Part shown: positions 61,187 through 64,000 of the stretch, piece by piece
Layout: each line of letters starts with the position of its first letter
How positions within the stretch are numbered: the first letter of the stretch is position 1
DNA from: Candidatus Poribacteria bacterium
GTDB lineage: Bacteria > Poribacteria > WGA-4E > PCPOR2b
DNA: 64,000 bases
Assembly: GCA_965208325.1 (NCBI GenBank)
Contig: OZ242326.1
Span: 3,776,001-3,840,000, forward strand
Reading direction: 5' to 3'
Position numbers and translations under genes: made by a program
The notes under the pieces: generated by a model
The model's input: the letters and a program-made list of their open reading frames with translations, nothing else
What the model was told of the DNA's origin: nothing
The model's database searches: none

Positions 61187-61711
61187 ATGTCTCAAAAAAA
61201 ACCTATCTTTCTGACCATAAGCCAAATTGTGTTGGGTAGTGCCATCGGTTTAGCAAGCGGTTGGGTCTGCCGATTCATTGTAGAATCATTAATCTGGGAA
61301 GGGCTGATTCGCGATGGCGTGCAGCACGGTTTCTGGGTCGGGTTGCTCCTGCTAATCTCCTTTGGGCTTACTTATGGGTCCACTATCGCCGGGGTGACTG
61401 AAGGTGTTCGTATAGCCGGCCGCTGGTTTGATGTTCTCATAGATCGCAAAAACGCATATCAAGGGGCGTTTCTCGGGGCGCCTGCAATCGTGGCGTTAAT
61501 GTTGTTGCTTGATATCCATTGGGATATGTTAATCGCTCCAAATTTCCTTGTCTCCCTCCTTTTCGCTGTGGCAAGGGTACTTGTGTTCATAATATCCCTT
61601 CCGATTTACGTATTGCTCGAATGGGTGAAATGTCCCCCGGAACTGCTTTACATCTTGGCGCCGCCAATTGGGGCAATTCTAGGTTACCGTCTCGATTGGA
61701 AACGCACATAA
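61187..61711 (+). CDS. Hypothetical membrane protein
   Basis: GAGGTG RBS, four to five hydrophobic segments, downstream of a strong promoter. Confidence 0.75.
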   Translation: MSQKKPIFLTISQIVLGSAIGLASGWVCRFIVESLIWEGLIRDGVQHGFWVGLLLLISFGLTYGSTIAGVTEGVRIAGRWFDVLIDRKNAYQGAFLGAPAIVALMLLLDIHWDMLIAPNFLVSLLFAVARVLVFIISLPIYVLLEWVKCPPELLYILAPPIGAILGYRLDWKRT

Positions 61712-61805
61712 ACAACGATGTTAATAGCAGAACCAACATAAACTATTCGGTTTGGTTACGATTCAATATTTGAGTCCCCGTTATGGGGCTGGAGTATGCC
61801 AAAGT

Positions 61806-63287
61806 ATGCAACATTTGGACGCCTTTGATGAAGATAAGGCAAGGGATGAGTGTGGCATTTTTGGAATTTTTGGGCATCCTAAAGCGGCCGAATTAACCTA
61901 TTTGGGATTACGCGCCCTTCAACATCGCGGGCAGGAAAGCTCCGGAATTGTCACTTCAGACGATTACTCGTTCTCTTCTTACCGTAACATGGGGCTCGTT
62001 GAGAACGTCTTTGATGCCGAGACGTTGGCGAAGTTGACTGGACACATCGCTGTCGGGCACAACCGCTATTCAACCGCGGGCGCAAGCCATCTTGGAAACA
62101 CACAACCCCTCACCTGCGAATATAAGCATGGCCCCCTTGCAATTTCACACAATGGCAACCTCGTAAACGCACAGAGGATACGCAAAGAACTGGAAAACCG
62201 CGGCGCAATCTTCAGTTCAACTTCCGACACGGAAGTAATTGCTCACCTCATCGCCCGATCGGAACAAAGCACGTTGCAAGACCGCATCCTAGATGCGATT
62301 GGAGGGATCGATGGCGCATATTCGCTCGCCTTTATGGGGAAATCCAGCCTCATCGGCGTTCGAGATCCCTACGGCTTTCGCCCGCTGTGGTTGGGGCGCA
62401 TAGACGATGCGTATATCCTCTCTTCCGAAACTTGCGCCTTTGATGTTATTGAAGCTGAACCAGTCCGTGAGCTTATCCCCGGCGAGATGCTTGTCATCAC
62501 GGCGACAAATCGGGAACCCCAATCGTTCCATTTTGGACAGGATTTAAATAATCTGTCACAATGTATCTTTGAATATATTTACCTCTCGCGTCCCGACAGT
62601 GTCGTATTCGGTGAGCTTGTTAACCGTCCGCGGCGTGAGTTGGGGAGACAACTTGCGCGTGAATGCCCCGCGGAAGCAGACATCGTAATCGGTGTGCCGG
62701 ATTCAGCGACGCTCGCCGCGCTCGGGTACTCGGAGGAATCGGGAATTCCGTTTGATGTAGGCCTGCATCGAAACTCTTATGTCGGACGCGCGTTTATGAA
62801 TCCCTCTCAAGATATCCGTGAGCTTATGGTCAAAGTGAAACTCAATCCGATTCGAGATGTACTCCAAGGAAAACGGATTGTGGTGGTTGATGATTCAATC
62901 ATGCGCGGTACCGAGAGTCGCAAATTTGTCAAACTAATCCGCCAAGGGGGGGCAGCTGAAGTTCACGTTCGTATATCCTCCCCGCCAAATAAATTCCCAT
63001 GTTTCTACGGCGTCGATACACCTACCCGAGGGGAACTCATCGCAAGCTCACACACCATTGATGATATTCGAAAATATATCCGCGCCGACAGCTTGGGATA
63101 CCTCAGCATTGAAGGAATGCTCAAGTGTGTGAAATCGCCTCAAGATTTTTGCACGGCCTGTTTTGATGGAAGCTATCCAGTGGAATTCGGCGAACAACCG
63201 ACTAAACAACTGCCCATTGATTTTGCCAGTGTAAAAGCCTCAAATCAACTCAGTCTTGCGCACAAACCAACCGCACAGAATCAGTAG
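61806..63287 (+). CDS. purF: Amidophosphoribosyltransferase (Fe-S type with propeptide)
   Basis: ECGIFG, LQHRGQES, GHNRYST, HNGNL, CIFEYIY, VDDSIMRGT, PCFYGVD, CTAC. Confidence 0.98.
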   Translation: MQHLDAFDEDKARDECGIFGIFGHPKAAELTYLGLRALQHRGQESSGIVTSDDYSFSSYRNMGLVENVFDAETLAKLTGHIAVGHNRYSTAGASHLGNTQPLTCEYKHGPLAISHNGNLVNAQRIRKELENRGAIFSSTSDTEVIAHLIARSEQSTLQDRILDAIGGIDGAYSLAFMGKSSLIGVRDPYGFRPLWLGRIDDAYILSSETCAFDVIEAEPVRELIPGEMLVITATNREPQSFHFGQDLNNLSQCIFEYIYLSRPDSVVFGELVNRPRRELGRQLARECPAEADIVIGVPDSATLAALGYSEESGIPFDVGLHRNSYVGRAFMNPSQDIRELMVKVKLNPIRDVLQGKRIVVVDDSIMRGTESRKFVKLIRQGGAAEVHVRISSPPNKFPCFYGVDTPTRGELIASSHTIDDIRKYIRADSLGYLSIEGMLKCVKSPQDFCTACFDGSYPVEFGEQPTKQLPIDFASVKASNQLSLAHKPTAQNQ

Positions 63288-63358
63288 AATCATATGAGGT
63301 ATTGAGTCTCAACAATCTCGCGAGCAGTGCTTAAAGCCGAGTTCCCGCATGGAAATCC

Positions 63359-63946
63359 TTGATGCAAGACAGGCGTAGATCGAGAAAAAACCAAGCCGGT
63401 TTGTCCCTTCCGCTACACGCGATGTTCGTTAAGAATGTGTCCACTTTCCAGGGAAAGTATACACTCTATGCGGTTGTCATCTGCGCATTCATCGGTATAA
63501 TCTCGCACAAACCTGTAATTTTCCTAATTCAACATTTCAATCCGCCCGCCGCGCTGTTTAGCTTGAATCTAAAATTTCAAAGTGAATTGAACAATGGCGC
63601 GGAGATTAAGAATTTACGGTCGGAATTTAGGAAAAACCGGATTTTGCTGTCCCATAACGCCTCCGCTTCGACAAAGAAGAAAGATAAATCGTGGGTCATC
63701 GCCGACCCTCAGAATAAGCGGAAATACATAGTAAGGAAAGCGGAGAAATTGGACATCTACGCTGCCGCGCCCACCCGCGATGTCGCAAACCTGGCAAGCG
63801 CCATTTCGTTTGGAGTATGCGCAGTGCTTTTGATTGCCTCGCTGCTAAAAATGCAGTCGATCGCTTCAGCGATTGAAGAACGGCGCCTCGTAGCATTTAA
63901 TCGGCGATTGAAAAATCGAAAGAAATCGGATATTTCAGATGGCTAA
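63359..63946 (+). CDS. Hypothetical membrane protein with two transmembrane segments flanking a soluble domain (start uncertain)
   Basis: 195-codon ORF co-oriented with purF, with two hydrophobic helices. Confidence 0.55.
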   Translation: MMQDRRRSRKNQAGLSLPLHAMFVKNVSTFQGKYTLYAVVICAFIGIISHKPVIFLIQHFNPPAALFSLNLKFQSELNNGAEIKNLRSEFRKNRILLSHNASASTKKKDKSWVIADPQNKRKYIVRKAEKLDIYAAAPTRDVANLASAISFGVCAVLLIASLLKMQSIASAIEERRLVAFNRRLKNRKKSDISDG

Positions 63947-64000
63947 ACAGCGATTGACCTATGCCGACGCGGGGGTTTCATTTGAGGCAAAAGCAGAAGC

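Noticed and set aside
1..64000. Anti-phage defence, toxin-antitoxin or transposase genes
   Set aside because: No ORF shows motifs I can assign to these classes. The HTH-MBL and repeat proteins lack partner nuclease or NTPase domains.

Overview
Chromosomal window of about 50% GC from a diderm bacterium. It is most consistent with Candidatus Poribacteria; this is inferred from the tandem LamG proteins ending in an AVExxGKxxTTWxxLK motif and a WD40 protein ending in an LLQNYPNPFNPETWIPY domain. Housekeeping genes are mfd, recX, trpB, trpA, fabV, rph, rdgB, alr, purF and a kdsC-kdsA fusion. Envelope genes include three tandem SurA/PrsA-type chaperones followed by an LptD-like protein that appears to carry three parvulin domains inside its barrel region, which is the most striking feature of the window. 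Also present are a five-gene catabolic cluster of unknown substrate next to a GH127-like enzyme, several secreted repeat or multi-domain proteins, a solitary GH108-like muramidase and a frameshifted AraD1-family gene. Intergenic regions hold several GTAG-type REP-like palindromes. I saw no rRNA, tRNA, CRISPR array, transposase or prophage. All product calls come from recognising motifs by eye; no database searches were run.
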